Assembly: GCA_002269645.1 (NCBI GenBank)
Contig: NIVC01002824.1
Location: 1 to 36,382 of the forward strand
Length of the DNA stretch: 36,382 nt
Direction of reading: 5' to 3'
Origin: Macrostomum lignano
Lineage: Eukaryota
Part shown: in pieces, positions 33,801 to 36,382 of the stretch
Position numbering within the stretch: position 1 is the stretch's first letter
How the letters are laid out: each line of letters begins with the position of its first letter
Program-made: the position numbers and the translations under genes
The notes under the pieces: generated by a model
Seen by the model: the letters and a program-made list of their open reading frames with translations, nothing else
Told to the model about the DNA's origin: nothing
Database searches by the model: none

Positions 33801-34019
33801 CGGCGAGCCCGCTGCCGCTGCTGAGTCCCCGACGAATACCGGCTGCTGCTGCTGCTCCGAGGCCGCCGCCACCGTCTCCGCCGCCACATTCTCATTGTTG
33901 ACATCGGCCGATTGCATCCTGATTGGCGAGATCGCAGGCTTTGAGAACTGCTCGGCAGCTGTTGATTCATCAGCTGGCTGCTCCTGCTGCTGCTGTTGCT
34001 CAACTTCGGTTGCACTCAT
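30804..34019 (-). CDS. YTHDC1: YTH domain-containing protein 1 (YT521-B), nuclear m6A reader, 2 exons, ~555 aa
   Basis: Exons 34019-33591 and 32042-30804 (phase 0; CAG|GTAGTT, CCCAG|GGC). YTH domain: [37 protein letters not shown]|[47 protein letters not shown]1-type C-terminal motifs: [26 protein letters not shown], and an RS-rich tail. Confidence 0.95.
32375..33105. repeat. ~43-47-bp G-rich minisatellite GGGATAAGGGACACTGGGGAATGGGATTRGGGATMTRGRTAATAT, ~16 copies
   Basis: YTHDC1 intron. Confidence 0.93.
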
Positions 34020-36382
34020 TATCTTTTCTTTGAATAATGATATTATCTTTTTAATTTAATATCACCAAAAATAGTTGGATAATATAGCATAAAGTCAGCA
34101 ATTATTTTGGTAAAGGTTTATCAATTTCCGTATTAAAATATAAGAAGCACTTATGCCTCTATTTCATGCAGAGGCATAAAGCACAATTCTTATTTTTGTG
34201 CTATAAGTGGCAAAAATTTATCAATTATCAAAAAGTAGCAAAAAACATAACTACAAGAAAGGATAAAATCAGCTTATGAAATGATCCTTTTGGGGTTTAA
34301 AATACATTTTACAACTCACCTAGGTGTGCATGTGTCCATGAAGAGTCCATGACTAATTTTGGGCAACCAGAGAGTATCAAGTGTAAAGCATAGAGGAAAG
34401 AATAAGATGTTGGACTGCTAATATGATCTGATAATTTTTGTTTTGTATATATTAATCTCATGTTTTAGCATTACCACAATACTATAAGTGGTTGGGCCAT
34501 TCAGCACATTTGTGTGCAAGCTACTACCAGTTCAGTAGTAAGTTAAACAGAAGCATTTCAATGTATTCTAAGTTGCCCCCAGCTGAACCCCTCCATCATA
34601 TCTTTCCACACCAAACCCCTATTCCCTGCCCCAGTCCCCAATAATTTTATTGCCTTCCACGCCTAGTGTTCCAGCCTAAAGCTGCCTGCCATGTACATTT
34701 CAGTGGTGTTAGGCTAGGCATAATGTATCCCAATAGCAAGAAGCCATTTACATCTGCAAGTCACTGCAACAACTTTTTTATAAAATAGCTTATGCATTCT
34801 TAATCACTACTGATACCTGAACTAAAAGTAGAGAAACTGTTTCACCAAGAAAATATGTCACAATGGCTCATCTAGGTTTACAAGGGGTGTCTGAAAGGTG
34901 TGATACCTTTGCTCATATAGCTTTACTGCATGCTTGAAAATCAACAAGTTTGGTACAATTAAAAAGTGGAATATATGAGCTTAAAGGTGTCAAAAATTAT
35001 CTTCATATATTGTTTTTTAATTATTATTGTCTATTTCAGCTAAGGTGGCCAATAGATCTTAAGAAGCTTAGAGACTGTATGAGGAGATTATTTAATTTGT
35101 ATATTGATCATTTGTCACTCTTTTCTTCTTTTTCTCTTATCTCTTTGCCATATTGTTTATAACTCTGAAACTATTCTATTGCAATCAATGCTATGCATGC
35201 ATACATTTGCAATCTGGGAAAATAATGACATTATTTTCTATTATATAGATCTAAATATTAAAATCATGATTTTATACATAAAAGCTTTTGAAATATGTTA
35301 AAAGTTTGCCAAAATGCAAAATTACATTAAATTATAGTGTATCTCATGGAAAAGATTCATATTTATATACAGAAAACATGCTAAATCATGCATAGGACAA
35401 TATACAATGAAAGTTATTTATGTCTTTAGAAACTAGCCACCCATATTTCTAAAAGCTAATACCAAAGGAGAGCTAATTCCATTACATAGCCTACATAACT
35501 TGTTGTATAGCAGAACTTAATATATATTTAGAAAAAGAATTGCTACAACATAGATCATAGGTCAAAAATGCAGCTTTTGCTATTGGAGTTATGCTTACTA
35601 CTTATAGCCTATACTCTAGATCATGTTGAGTACACGCTAAAAATATCAATCCCAGAGTGCCCTCCTTGGGGACCCCAAAAGATTTTGGTTTTAACCCTAG
35701 GGTTTTAGGCTAGAGGCATTTGAGAACCCTGGAAAAACAAATAAAGTAAAAAATTTGTTTTGAAAAGTTTTTAAATGCTATAAAATTCATCATATCTATA
35801 GCAACAAAGTATGCATTTTTTAGCAAGACTCAAATTGATGATAATAGCTTGATCTATAAGTTTTAAGCTACTTGCAAACTATGATTTGAATGCCACAGCA
35901 ATTTTGCCTAAAAAAATTTATGTAGCAGGTAGATAGATTTGACTATGCCACTATTATAGTGGCATTATATATAGATAAGCAAACAAATAAACCAACATTC
36001 AGGTGGGTAGACAGCTAGGTTTTTTGTCATAGGCATGCCATGTCAAAATTAAAAATGGCATAATTATTTTGATGCTGTTATGCCAAAATGGCATAACAAT
36101 TTTTTGCCATTATGCCATTGCTAAATTGCCAATGCTGAATTTCCAATTCTAAATTGCTTTTAAATTTACCAAACTGGCAAGCTATTATTACTTTATCCCA
36201 CCTAAATCTGAAGGGAAACACTAATATGGGCTCACAAAGTGTTTTTTTTATTTTATGCCAATGGTATATCATAATTGAAAATGACATAATGATTTTGATG
36301 CCATTATAACAAATGGCATAATGATTTTGACATAAAACACCTAGGTAGACAGGATGGCAAATAAGCAATCTATAATATCACA

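Noticed and set aside
34020-36382. Short AT-rich ORFs upstream of YTHDC1 and possible transposase or RT remnants
   Set aside because: No domain motifs and no coding-like codon bias; no autonomous mobile element is recognisable anywhere in the window.

Overview
Animal nuclear genomic DNA, not prokaryotic. Short GC-rich exons rich in poly-Q/A/S sit among introns and spacers filled with about 27 distinct mini/microsatellite arrays. That style resembles the flatworm Macrostomum; this is an inference, not verified. I could reconstruct five spliced genes by hand from GT-AG sites and homology. On the + strand is a ZP-domain type-I membrane protein (~1.1-8.7 kb). On the - strand is a co-oriented run YTHDC1 -> EDC4 -> TMEM192 -> ADCK1 (34.0 to 10.1 kb), with about 2.7, 1.3 and 1.1 kb between successive CDSs. 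Most long ORFs in the supplied track are artefacts of tandem repeats whose unit length is a multiple of 3. Best leads: (1) the four-gene run looks like a polycistronic, spliced-leader (SL) resolved operon, and its two distal genes lack an obvious in-frame ATG, so the SL-terminal AUG may supply the start codon; (2) up to about 9 apparent single-base deletions in the ZP and EDC4 frames, all repaired by +1 nt, probably long-read consensus error but possibly decay of a duplicate copy; (3) intronic minisatellites that amplify TF-like motifs (AP-1, p53 half-site, telomere hexamer); (4) a small dispersed element and a duplicated E-box module.
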